From assembly GCA_002428055.1 (NCBI GenBank), contig DIZY01000100.1:1163-39458 (forward strand): 38,296 bases of DNA, read 5' to 3'. The DNA comes from Helicobacteraceae bacterium UBA6016 (GTDB lineage: Bacteria; Campylobacterota; Campylobacteria; Campylobacterales; UBA6016). The translations under genes and the position numbers were made by a program. Each line of letters begins with the position of its first letter. Within the stretch, counting starts at the first letter, position 1. Below, piece after piece: positions 7,672 to 16,210 of the stretch. Below the pieces are notes generated by a model. The model was given only the letters and a program-made list of their open reading frames with translations, searched no databases and was not told the DNA's origin.

Positions 7672-9870
7672 TTAAAAAGCGGCTCCATTGAGTGGTAGTT
7701 CAATCTCAAAACAGGCGCCAGTATCTGTATTGCGGAGGCTAAGTTTGCCGTTCATATTTTGTTCGATGATCATTTTTGCCATAAATAGACCAAGTCCGGT
7801 GCCGTTTAGCTGTTTTTTTGTACTAAAATATGGCTCAAAAATCTTATCCATTATTTCAGCAGGCACCCCACCTGCTTCGTCTACAATTCTGATTTTATAC
7901 TCTTTGTCAAAATCAGATACTTTGATATAAATCTTTTTATCGCCGCCTACCTCTATTGACTTTTCAACCGCATTGTTTATTATGCTAACGAGCGCATATT
8001 GTAAATCATTTTTATATCCATACACTTGATAGTCAGATGGCATATCGACCACAAACTCAATATTTTCACAGTTACAATCTTGTTTTGATTGAGATATGAC
8101 ACTGTTGACAACTTCAGACATATCAATCGGCGACGCTGTCCTGCCGCGCCTAAAAAAGCCGCCAAAGTCGTCAATAAGTTTTGACATATATGATAGTTTT
8201 GCCATAGTAACTTTTGTGTATTCTTGCACATAAGCGTCATCAAGCTCTTTAATGTTGTATGTATATTCCAACTCTTGCGCCGTTATTGACAAAAAAGTTA
8301 GCGGCTGACGCCAGTGGTGAGCGATGGTACTGGCCATTTGAGCCATTGCGTCTATTCTTTGTTCTCGATTGATGATACTTTTTGCTTGCGCTGTATTTTT
8401 TTCAACCTCTTGAATAACCCTTTGCTCAAGTGAACTGTTTAAAGCCAGAAGCTCTTTTTCTAGCCTCTTGCGTTCAGTGATATCTTCAAAGGCAATCATT
8501 GCGCCAACGATATTTCCCTTGTACTTGATAGGGGAAGCTACCAGATAAACAGGAAAAGGCGAGTTGTCAACTTTAAAAAATATTTCCTCACTATGTCTTA
8601 CTATGCCATCGTTTAGAGTTTTTATTGTCGGGCAATAGGATAAAGGCATAGGCTCGCCATTTTCATTGCGATGAAATAGCTCGTGCATATGTTTTCCAAT
8701 CACTTCATCATTGGTGGCGCCTAACATATCAAGCGCAGCTTTGTTTACAAATGTGCATTTACCGTTTGTATCAACGCCATACAACCCTTCTGCAATACTA
8801 GCAAGTAAGAGTTCTCGATCCCTTATTCCGCTAGCAATTTTCTTCTTATCTCTACTCATTTTGATAATAATCAAAAAACTAACCAATAAAGCAATGAATG
8901 AGATTAAAAACAGATAACTCGCATATACTTTTACAAACTCTTGAATATTAAAAGCACTTTTGTAGTCAGGATTGACTTTCATTTTATGCATCAGTATCCC
9001 TATTGATACATAGTCCTTTGGGGATATAAAACCGAAGTATCCTCCTACTATCGCCTCTTTGGAGTCCGGCTCAATATGAAATAGAGCATCTACTACTTTC
9101 TTGATGCAATCTTTTGGCACAGCGCTTGTTGCCGCAAATGCCCACTCTGGATAGAGCTCTGTAGATAGAAAGTTGCGAAACTCTGAGTTGTCTTGTCTGT
9201 TTACGATTTTGATGTCAGATTCTAAAATCTGCTTCTGCGCTATCATAGACTCCAGCACACCCGTTCTTACAAACCCTACATCAGCCTTTTTTGACATAAC
9301 CGCATTTACAACCCTGCCATGAGGCATATCTGTAAATAGTAGTCTTATGTCGTCAGTGCCAATTTTATTATCGAAAAGAATCTTCATTTGCATCAGATAA
9401 CCGCCAAAAGACTCTGGACCGGGCGCCGCTACGGTTTTGCCCTTTATGTCTTTGACGCTGTTTATATTGTTAGCATCTGTTCTGGCGAAGATAACTCCGC
9501 CAAATTCCGTTGACGGCTGACCGCCAACGGTAGTCATGAGTGTTGCTATGGCATCGAGCTTGTGCCTTGTACGATAAAGAACATAGTGCTCAGGATTTGT
9601 AAATACAAAATCAAGCTCATTTTTTGCTAATGCCTCACCTATCTCTTTGAAATTAAGCGGCTCAAATTCAAAGCTATACTGAGGAATTGTTTTTTGAAGA
9701 TATTTTATCGTCGGAAGCCACTGCGCCTTAGTCTGCTCCGGAGTTTTAAAAGATAATATGCCTATCTTGTATGATCTGTTTGCGTCATCGCAAAAGGCTG
9801 GCTGCGCAACAAAAAGTAAAGTAGCTAAAAGTCCGAACAAAACATATTTTAATTTTTTCGAGGTCATCAT
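7672..9870 (-). CDS. Sensor histidine kinase with periplasmic PhnD-like solute-binding domain, PAS, HisKA and HATPase domains
   Basis: I place the start at the ATG at 9870 (MMTSKKLKYVLFGLL, a signal/TM-like N-terminus) because AGGAGG lies just upstream. The 44 codons further upstream in the ORF track look non-coding. The periplasmic part (YKIGILSFKTPEQTKAQWLPTIKYL, FVFTNPEHYV, GKTVAAPGPESFGGYL, ADVGFVRTGVLE) resembles phosphonate/oxyanion SBPs. After a TM helix come a PAS block (IAEGLYGVDTNGKCTFVNKAALDMLG), H-box IAHHWRQPLT, and NNAVEKS, DEAGGV, GTGLGLFMA. Confidence 0.85.
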   Translation of the reverse strand: MMTSKKLKYVLFGLLATLLFVAQPAFCDDANRSYKIGILSFKTPEQTKAQWLPTIKYLQKTIPQYSFEFEPLNFKEIGEALAKNELDFVFTNPEHYVLYRTRHKLDAIATLMTTVGGQPSTEFGGVIFARTDANNINSVKDIKGKTVAAPGPESFGGYLMQMKILFDNKIGTDDIRLLFTDMPHGRVVNAVMSKKADVGFVRTGVLESMIAQKQILESDIKIVNRQDNSEFRNFLSTELYPEWAFAATSAVPKDCIKKVVDALFHIEPDSKEAIVGGYFGFISPKDYVSIGILMHKMKVNPDYKSAFNIQEFVKVYASYLFLISFIALLVSFLIIIKMSRDKKKIASGIRDRELLLASIAEGLYGVDTNGKCTFVNKAALDMLGATNDEVIGKHMHELFHRNENGEPMPLSYCPTIKTLNDGIVRHSEEIFFKVDNSPFPVYLVASPIKYKGNIVGAMIAFEDITERKRLEKELLALNSSLEQRVIQEVEKNTAQAKSIINREQRIDAMAQMASTIAHHWRQPLTFLSITAQELEYTYNIKELDDAYVQEYTKVTMAKLSYMSKLIDDFGGFFRRGRTASPIDMSEVVNSVISQSKQDCNCENIEFVVDMPSDYQVYGYKNDLQYALVSIINNAVEKSIEVGGDKKIYIKVSDFDKEYKIRIVDEAGGVPAEIMDKIFEPYFSTKKQLNGTGLGLFMAKMIIEQNMNGKLSLRNTDTGACFEIELPLNGAAF

Positions 9871-10071
9871 ACCCCTCCTGCGCACACGCACTTGTGGCTC
9901 AATTCTGCAAAATCTTAACATATATCTGTTGCAAACGGGTTTACTTTTATTGAACACTCTAAATAAACTAGATTGCCACGAACCGACCCCGCCACTGTTC
10001 AAATTTAAATAATCGAAGAGAACCTTTTATTTTACCGTTAATTAATATTTTGTATTTTTATCTCGAACTAA

Positions 10072-10098
10072 TAAAAAATAACTATAATAAGACGATAT
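10072..10098 (+). promoter_or_regulatory. Putative sigma28 (FliA)-type promoter of the flaC-like gene
   Basis: TAAA (10072-10075) is followed by exactly 15 nt and then GACGATAT (10091-10098). This matches the TAAA-N15-GCCGATAA class, with the CGATAT -10 core common in Campylobacterota. It sits about 34 nt upstream of the ATG, and an AGGAG RBS lies at 10121-10125. Confidence 0.6.
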
Positions 10099-10131
10099 AA
10101 GATAAGTAAAATCTCCAAAAAGGAGTCACCC

Positions 10132-10884
10132 ATGCAAGTCAATAATAATACAACCACTATGAAGACCAATATAGCGGCGGAGACAGCTGATAATAAGGCA
10201 AAAAAAGAGCTTGAGAAGATAGCGACGGGTAAGCAGTTAGCGGCTTTGGATCCATCCGGGACGATGATAGCGGATGTGCTTGAGATGGAGGCTAGCTCTC
10301 TTGGACAGGGTATCAAAAATGCGAATGATGCAATTGGCTTTTTACAGATAGCCGATGGCGCACTAAAGAGCGTGAGCGATGGTGCCGTGAAGCTAAATGA
10401 GCTCTCGGTCGCTTACAATAATGCGGCGCTAGGCTCAAACGGCAGAGACGCTTTGCTGACTGAGGCTTCCAAAGTAAAAGAGGGTATGACAAATACTCTA
10501 AATCAAGCTAGTTTTAACGGCAAAAGCGTATTTAGCGATGCTTCTTTTTATGTCGGGGGCGGTAGCATATCCGCTTCGGTAGGGCGTCCGAATGTTGAAA
10601 GTGCTGATATAACAAACCAAGATACGGTTTTGAAGTTGCAAGAAGAGACTAGTCGCTCAAGGGCGAATGTAGGCTCCACGATAAATCAGGCGTACAGCTC
10701 TATAAGCGCCAATATGGCGGGAGTGGTATCGCAAAGCGCTGCAGCTTCGCAGATTTCGGATACGGATATGGCGCAGGCTTCAACTGATTTTAATGCGGCA
10801 TATCTGCAAAGCAACGCCGCACTTTTTGCCTCTGCACACTCTAGTCAATACCTAGCGTCGCAGGTGTCTAGGTTACTAGGCTAA
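10132..10884 (+). CDS. flaC: Short flagellin-family protein (FlaC-like; flagellin N- and C-terminal helices without a central domain)
   Basis: 250 aa. It is collinear with Campylobacter jejuni FlaC (~249 aa) as I recall that sequence. Matching stretches include NANDAIGFLQIADGALKSVSDGAVKLNELSVAYNNAAL and the C-terminal DMAQASTDFNAAYLQSNAALFASAHSSQYLASQVSRLL. Confidence 0.85.
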   Translation: MQVNNNTTTMKTNIAAETADNKAKKELEKIATGKQLAALDPSGTMIADVLEMEASSLGQGIKNANDAIGFLQIADGALKSVSDGAVKLNELSVAYNNAALGSNGRDALLTEASKVKEGMTNTLNQASFNGKSVFSDASFYVGGGSISASVGRPNVESADITNQDTVLKLQEETSRSRANVGSTINQAYSSISANMAGVVSQSAAASQISDTDMAQASTDFNAAYLQSNAALFASAHSSQYLASQVSRLLG

Positions 10885-10893
10885 ATCTCCAAG

Positions 10894-10930
10894 GGAGTCA
10901 TTTTATTTTAAAAATGACTCCAATCTTTTT
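10894..10930 (+). terminator. Intrinsic terminator after flaC, overlapping the gltX stop codon
   Basis: An 11-bp perfect stem pairs GGAGTCATTTT (10894-10904) with AAAATGACTCC (10911-10921) around the loop ATTTTA. It is followed by AATCTTTTTAT on the plus strand. Confidence 0.6.
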
Positions 10931-12273
10931 ATACTCTCTTCTCTTCCAATAATCGCTAACAATTCATTTATAGACGGGCTTTGCGTAGAACCTGTAAGAG
11001 CTACTCTTATCGGCATACCAAGGCGCGGCATTTTAAGTTCACGGCTAGCCAAAAATTCGTCGATTACACCCTTAAACTCATGCTCATCTTTTGCACTGCA
11101 AGCCTTAAGCGTATCGGTAAAGCCGCTAAGAATCTCTTTTGCTTCGTCATTGATGCTTTTTGCCATAGCCGCTTCATCGTAGCTTGTCGGTGCATTCGTC
11201 ATAGAGTTTATCGTAGCCGCCAAATCCACAAGCGTTTTTGCTCGCTCTAAAGCGTTTTTGAAAAGTAGCTCTTCATTCTGCCCAAAACTATCACACCCAA
11301 AATCTTTTAAAAGTTCTTTTAACCTTGCGATAGGTGTTTTCTTGAGATATTCGCCGTTTATCCAATTTAGTTTTTCTAGGTTGTACTGACTTGCCGATTT
11401 GTTGATGCCGCTTGGGTCAAAGAGGCTTAGCATCTCATCAATACTGAATAGCTCTTGATCGCCGTTAGACCAGCCGAGGCGAACGAGGAAGTTTAGCAGA
11501 GCCTCAGGCAGATAGCCTAGCGTTTTGTACTCCATCACATCTGCCGCACCGTCTCTTTTTGAGAGTTTCTTGCCGCCATCCCCAAGTATCATCGGTACAT
11601 GGTAAAACTTCGGTATTGTAAAGCCCAATGCCTCATAAAGCACTATCTGTTTTGGGGTGTTGCTAGTGTGGTCGTCGCCCCTGATGACCTCTGTAACACC
11701 CATCAAAGCGTCATCGATTACAACGACAAAGTTGTATGTAGGTGTGCCGTCCGAACGGGCTATGATGAAGTCGTCAAGCTCTTTTGCGCCAAAAGACAAT
11801 CCCCCTTTTACACCGTCATCAAACTCTATTACGCCATCAAGTGGAGCCTTTATCCGAACTACAGGCTCTACGCCATCCACGGCAGCTAGTTTGCCGTCTC
11901 TATATCTGCCGTCGTATCTAGGTTGTTCGCCTGCGGCTTGTTGTGCCTCTCTTAGTGCGTCTAGCTCTTCTCTTGACATATAGCAGTGGTACGCCTTGCC
12001 TTCATCTAGTAGCTTTTTGACATACTCTTTGTAAATATCAAATCTTTTTGATTGATACGCTACTTCACCGTCATAGTTTAGTCCCACCCAGTCGAATGCT
12101 TCAAGTATTGCTTGCAAGGCTTCTTCTGAGTTTCTGCTAAGGTCAGTGTCTTCTATGCGAAGAAGGAATTTTCCATTGTTTTTTCTAGCCCAAAGCCAGC
12201 TAAAAAGTGCTGTTCTTAAGCCCCCGATATGCAAAAAGCCCGTTGGAGATGGGGCAAATCTTGTTACTATCAT
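10903..12273 (-). CDS. gltX: Glutamyl-tRNA synthetase (GluRS1-like)
   Basis: 456 aa. N-terminus MIVTRFAPSPTGFLHIGGLRTALFSWLWARKNNGKFLLRIEDTD contains the HIGG motif, and the KMSKS equivalent is KLSKRD. It is collinear with epsilonproteobacterial GluRS1 as recalled. An AGGAAC RBS lies in the 11-nt gap after the upstream kinase gene. Confidence 0.95.
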   Translation of the reverse strand: MIVTRFAPSPTGFLHIGGLRTALFSWLWARKNNGKFLLRIEDTDLSRNSEEALQAILEAFDWVGLNYDGEVAYQSKRFDIYKEYVKKLLDEGKAYHCYMSREELDALREAQQAAGEQPRYDGRYRDGKLAAVDGVEPVVRIKAPLDGVIEFDDGVKGGLSFGAKELDDFIIARSDGTPTYNFVVVIDDALMGVTEVIRGDDHTSNTPKQIVLYEALGFTIPKFYHVPMILGDGGKKLSKRDGAADVMEYKTLGYLPEALLNFLVRLGWSNGDQELFSIDEMLSLFDPSGINKSASQYNLEKLNWINGEYLKKTPIARLKELLKDFGCDSFGQNEELLFKNALERAKTLVDLAATINSMTNAPTSYDEAAMAKSINDEAKEILSGFTDTLKACSAKDEHEFKGVIDEFLASRELKMPRLGMPIRVALTGSTQSPSINELLAIIGREESIKRLESFLK

Positions 12274-12284
12274 TATTAAAGTTC

Positions 12285-13142
12285 CTAGTTAATTTTTTTT
12301 CGAATTTTACCAAAATCAAGTGTAAACTCACTGCCTTTGCCTACTTCGGAGCGGATAAAGAGCGAAACCCCATTTTCATCACAAAACTCTTTTACGAGAA
12401 AAAGCCCAATGCCGCGCCCCTCTTTTGCGCCATCTTCTTGATAATAACGGTCAAATATTTTTATCAGATCTTCTTCGGCTATACCGCAACCCTCATCTCT
12501 CACGGTCAAGATATTCCCCGTCAAAGCAACCTCTACCGTTTTGCCATTTTGGCTAAACTTTAGCGCATTTGATAGCAGGTTTGCCAAAGCTAGCGAAAAC
12601 CCTTTTTTGTCGAAAAAAAATGTTTTGCTCTCAAGGTCAATTGTTAGTTCTACGCCTTTTTTGGCAAATGCGTCCTCTTGCAGCATCGTCTCTTGCAAAA
12701 TCGCATCTTTTAAATCAACTTCTGTTTTTTGGCTCAGTTTCGCCTCTTTTTTGGCAAAATATTCTAAATTTTCGTACAAATCAAGCAGTTTGTCGCAAGC
12801 TAGCTCTATTCTGCCTATTTTTTTTAGCTCGGCTTCATCGCTTGTTTTTTTGAGCATGGTCGTGTTTGTTTTTATCGTGGCGACAGGCGTATTTATTTCA
12901 TGCATCGTATCTTCAATGAGGAGTCTAAAGTTTTTAATAGGGGATAGCACCGATTCCATTAGCTCTTTGACGAGATATATGGGGGCAAGCGTAGAAAAAA
13001 CAAAGAGTGTCGCCAAAATAGCATATTCGAAAGGGTCTAGACTCTTTAGCTTTGCTAGCAAAAAGGTGGCGACAGCAAAAATAAAAGTATTAATAGCGGC
13101 GATAAGGAGCGAAAAAAGAAAAAGCTCTTTTTTAATTTTCAA
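12285..13142 (-). CDS. Small intramembrane-type sensor histidine kinase (two TM helices, no periplasmic domain or HAMP)
   Basis: 285 aa with a TTG start. Two TM helices are separated by a loop of about 10 residues (KLKSLDPFEY). The H-box is MHEINTPVATIK. ATP-binding boxes are NLLSNALKFS, VRDEGCGI and GRGIGLFLV. Confidence 0.85.
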   Translation of the reverse strand: MKIKKELFLFSLLIAAINTFIFAVATFLLAKLKSLDPFEYAILATLFVFSTLAPIYLVKELMESVLSPIKNFRLLIEDTMHEINTPVATIKTNTTMLKKTSDEAELKKIGRIELACDKLLDLYENLEYFAKKEAKLSQKTEVDLKDAILQETMLQEDAFAKKGVELTIDLESKTFFFDKKGFSLALANLLSNALKFSQNGKTVEVALTGNILTVRDEGCGIAEEDLIKIFDRYYQEDGAKEGRGIGLFLVKEFCDENGVSLFIRSEVGKGSEFTLDFGKIRKKIN

Positions 13143-13794
13143 AGCGGTAGCCGATACCTTTGATATTTACAATCGAGTCCTTGCCTATAAGCTTTTTGAT
13201 GGAGTTTATATAGACTCTTATGCTCCCATAGCTAGGCTCCTTGGCTGCGGGCCAAAGCTCTCTTTCGATGTTTTCTATCGTGACCGTACTGTTTTTGTTG
13301 CGCACAAGAAGAGAGAGTAGCTCCAGCTCTTTTTGGCTCAGGTCTACATCTTTATTTTGGTTTGTAACTTTTTTTTTGTCTAAATCAAATATGAGTTCGT
13401 CGTTTAGTTTTACGATACTGTTTTTTTGTCCAAACGAATCTCTAAGTTTTGATTTTACTCTTGCAATCAACTCTATCGGCTCACAAGGTTTTCTGATGTA
13501 GTCGTCGCAACCGCCCTCGAAACACTCCGTTGCTGTTTTTGGTGATTTGTGGCTTGTTAGCATGAGTACCGGCTTATTATCTCCAAAGCTTCTTAGTTCT
13601 CGCAGAAGCTCTATGCCGTTTTTTGCGCCTAGATTGATGTCCAAAAGATAGAGGTCAAATACCTCCTTAAAGCCTATCTCTATAGCCTCGTCAAAGCTTC
13701 CGGCCTCTTTTACGGCAAAGCCCTCTGACTCCAAAAACTCTTTTGTGCTTTCACGAAATAGCAAATCGTCCTCGACAAATAAGATCCTATTCAA
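13132..13794 (-). CDS. OmpR/PhoB-type response regulator
   Basis: 220 aa with a TTG start. The receiver has ILFVEDD, LYLLDINL, LMLTSH and YIRKP. The winged-helix output has LSQKELELLSLLVRNKNSTVTIENIERELW...GIGYRF. It overlaps the kinase gene by 11 nt and pyrC by 8 nt. Confidence 0.9.
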   Translation of the reverse strand: MNRILFVEDDLLFRESTKEFLESEGFAVKEAGSFDEAIEIGFKEVFDLYLLDINLGAKNGIELLRELRSFGDNKPVLMLTSHKSPKTATECFEGGCDDYIRKPCEPIELIARVKSKLRDSFGQKNSIVKLNDELIFDLDKKKVTNQNKDVDLSQKELELLSLLVRNKNSTVTIENIERELWPAAKEPSYGSIRVYINSIKKLIGKDSIVNIKGIGYRFEN

Positions 13795-14803
13795 CGCTAC
13801 TTATCCCCCAAAGACAACTCTCTGCGGCAAACAGCGGAACTACTTCCGTATCTCTATTTTTGCAAAGCGACGGAACTCTGTACTCCGATTTTTCAAGTGC
13901 CACAAACTTCTCAGGCGGATTAATACCGTATATTGATTTGGCGTTGTCGGATACAAAATTTTGCAGGTTATCAAGCTTGCCGTGGCGCTCAAATATCTCT
14001 ACAAGCTTTGGCAAAATAGCCGGAGCGCTGAATATTCCGGCTGGAGCAGATGCGCTCTCTTTGGACTCTCTTGGATGTGGCGCGCTGTCTGAGCCGAACA
14101 TGACTTTTGGCGACGCGTTTAGCGCGGCTTCTAGCACTGCATCTCTATCCGACTCCGTCTTAACTACAGGCTTGCAAAATAGATGAGGATTTAGCCTCTC
14201 CCCCATTAAATCATCAACCGTTAGCGTCATATGGTGCAGCGTAATCGTGGCATATATATTTTCGTAGTCTGCCACAAGCTTTAGCCCCTCTTTTGAGCTA
14301 ATGTGCTCAAACATTACTTTGAGCTTAGGAAACTTTTTTGCTATATGCTCTAGTATCGGCAAAAAGTTTTGCTCCCTTTCAAAAAGATTTGGACTGTGTG
14401 TTTCGGCGTGGACCGAGAGAGGGATATTAAGCGCTTCCATCGCTTTTAGTTGCGGCTCCAGCGAGTCTATATTTTTGGCGCCCTCTTCGGAGTTTGTGGT
14501 GACGCCGGCGGGATATAGCTTCATGGCAATAATATGCGCCGCCGCTTCTTCAAAGAAACTCTCTTCGTAAGGCTTTAAGAACATTGTCATGTACGGCAAA
14601 AATAGATGATTTCCACACGCCTCCAAAACCCTTTTACGATAAGCATGAAGAGCTTCAAGCGTTGTTATCGGCGGGGTAATATTCGGCATTATCACGCCCC
14701 CTGCAAACGCCTCCGCAGAGTACGGAGCAACAAGACGAAGCATCTCGGAGTCCCTTAAGTGAAGATGCATATCAAGCGGCGATTTTATAGTGAATGTTTG
14801 CAT
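13787..14803 (-). CDS. pyrC: Dihydroorotase (class II, PyrC type)
   Basis: 338 aa. MHLHLRDSEMLRLVAPYSAEAFAGGVIMPNITPPITT parallels E. coli PyrC DWHLHLRDGDML...VMPNLAPPVTT. The motifs MKLYPAG, HAE, FEHIS and FGSDSAPH are conserved. Confidence 0.93.
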   Translation of the reverse strand: MQTFTIKSPLDMHLHLRDSEMLRLVAPYSAEAFAGGVIMPNITPPITTLEALHAYRKRVLEACGNHLFLPYMTMFLKPYEESFFEEAAAHIIAMKLYPAGVTTNSEEGAKNIDSLEPQLKAMEALNIPLSVHAETHSPNLFEREQNFLPILEHIAKKFPKLKVMFEHISSKEGLKLVADYENIYATITLHHMTLTVDDLMGERLNPHLFCKPVVKTESDRDAVLEAALNASPKVMFGSDSAPHPRESKESASAPAGIFSAPAILPKLVEIFERHGKLDNLQNFVSDNAKSIYGINPPEKFVALEKSEYRVPSLCKNRDTEVVPLFAAESCLWGISSVE

Positions 14804-16206
14804 TAGTTTTTAGCTTCCTCTATTAGTTTGTTGAGGCTGTTTTTGTAAATTTCAAGAGCTTCAGAGGTCGCCGCCTCAAATCTTGTGACAAGCACCGGCG
14901 TGGTATTGGACGCCCTTATAAGCCCCCACCCCTCGTCAAAACTTATCCTAACCCCGTCTATATCGACTATTTCAGTAATTGCAGGCAGATACTCTGGCGG
15001 ATTTTGAAGCGCTATTTTTATTTTGTTTATTATGTTGAATTTCGTTTCTTCGGTTACATGCACCTTTATCTCATCCGTTGAGTGGAGATGTGGCATGGAA
15101 TCCATCTGCGCATTTAGGTCTACCCCGTTTTTGATAAGCTCCAATACCCTCATCGCAACATATACGGCGTCATCAAATCCAAACCACTTATCGTTAAAAA
15201 ACATATGCCCGCTGACCTCTGCCGCAAAGTCTGCTCCGGTCTCTCTTAGTTTTACTTTTAGATTGCTATGCCCGGTTTTGTACATTATCGCTGTGCCAAG
15301 CTTGCCTATTTCGTCATACATTACTTTGGAGCATTTGACTTCGCCGATTACTGTCGGCTTTTTGCCCTGTTTTGCCATATATCTCGCAAATATAAGAGCT
15401 AGCTGGTCGCCTTTGATATTGTACTTATCGGTCAGCACGGCTATTCTATCGGCGTCTCCGTCAAATGCAAAGCCAAGCTTGAACCCTTTTTCTTGCATCA
15501 GTTTTTTAAGGTCTTCGAGATTGTGTTCTTCGCTAGGGTCTGGGTGGTGGTTTGGGAATGTACCGTCCGGTGTTTCGTATATGGATTCAAAACTGAGTTG
15601 TAATTTTGAAAATATGTCGATAATTGAGAGTCCCGCAACGCCGTTTCCGCAGTCAATAGCTATTTTAGTATCCATGTTTTTTAGGGTTGCAAATTCGTTT
15701 ACGAGGTATTCTATATATATTTTTTTGGCGTCAATGCAATAGATTTTTGCTTCGTTTGTTGTAGCACCTACTTCGTCGCTAGAGATTATCTGTGTTCCCA
15801 AAGCCTCAATCTCTTTTCCAAAAAACGGCGCTTTGTCTATCGTGATTTTAAAACCATTGTATTCCGGCGGATTGTGTGAGCCTGTTATCATGACAGATGC
15901 GGATGTGGCGACTATTCTGCCATTGACCTCCCAAGGAAAAAAGTTTGTAAAGTAGTTGATTCCGGTAGTTACCATGCCCATATCAAGCACGCTTACCCCG
16001 CTTTGTAAAAACCCGAGAGAGAGCCATTCGAAAAGCACTGGAGAGTGCGTGCGTGCGTCAAAGCCGATAGATACGAAATGTTCTTTGTTGCCCAGTTTTG
16101 CTTTTATTGCCTCACCCAAATAAAACCCTATTGCTTTTACGGTTTTTTCGTTAAGCTCTTTTTCAAAGATTCCCCTGATGTCGTACTCTCTAAATATAGA
16201 CTGCAT
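14803..16206 (-). CDS. Phosphomannomutase/phosphoglucomutase (alpha-D-phosphohexomutase family)
   Basis: I prefer the ATG at 16206 (MQSIFREYDIRGI) because AGAGGA lies 6-7 nt upstream and the start then clears the upstream stop at 16211. The active-site loop is TGSHNPPEYNGFK, the metal loop is FDGDADR and the sugar loop is GEVSGH. Its TAA stop overlaps the pyrC ATG (TAATG). Confidence 0.92.
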   Translation of the reverse strand: MQSIFREYDIRGIFEKELNEKTVKAIGFYLGEAIKAKLGNKEHFVSIGFDARTHSPVLFEWLSLGFLQSGVSVLDMGMVTTGINYFTNFFPWEVNGRIVATSASVMITGSHNPPEYNGFKITIDKAPFFGKEIEALGTQIISSDEVGATTNEAKIYCIDAKKIYIEYLVNEFATLKNMDTKIAIDCGNGVAGLSIIDIFSKLQLSFESIYETPDGTFPNHHPDPSEEHNLEDLKKLMQEKGFKLGFAFDGDADRIAVLTDKYNIKGDQLALIFARYMAKQGKKPTVIGEVKCSKVMYDEIGKLGTAIMYKTGHSNLKVKLRETGADFAAEVSGHMFFNDKWFGFDDAVYVAMRVLELIKNGVDLNAQMDSMPHLHSTDEIKVHVTEETKFNIINKIKIALQNPPEYLPAITEIVDIDGVRISFDEGWGLIRASNTTPVLVTRFEAATSEALEIYKNSLNKLIEEAKN

Positions 16207-16210
16207 ATGC

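Noticed and set aside
9871-10002. A 44-codon N-terminal extension of the SBP-type kinase ORF (MNSGGVGSWQ...)
   Set aside because: It is Arg/Cys-rich and does not look protein-like. An AGGAGG RBS lies directly before the internal ATG-ATG at 9870/9867, which begins a normal signal/TM sequence.
12541-13320. A 259-aa ORF on the plus strand, antisense to the small HK/RR pair
   Set aside because: It has a Ser/Phe/Leu-rich, low-complexity composition typical of the antisense frame of Lys/Glu-rich AT-leaning genes. It has no recognisable motifs. The opposite strand carries clear HK and RR homology.
15023-15742. A 239-aa plus-strand ORF inside the phosphomannomutase gene
   Set aside because: It is the antisense shadow of a strongly supported CDS. 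Its composition is Ser-rich with no motifs and no RBS.
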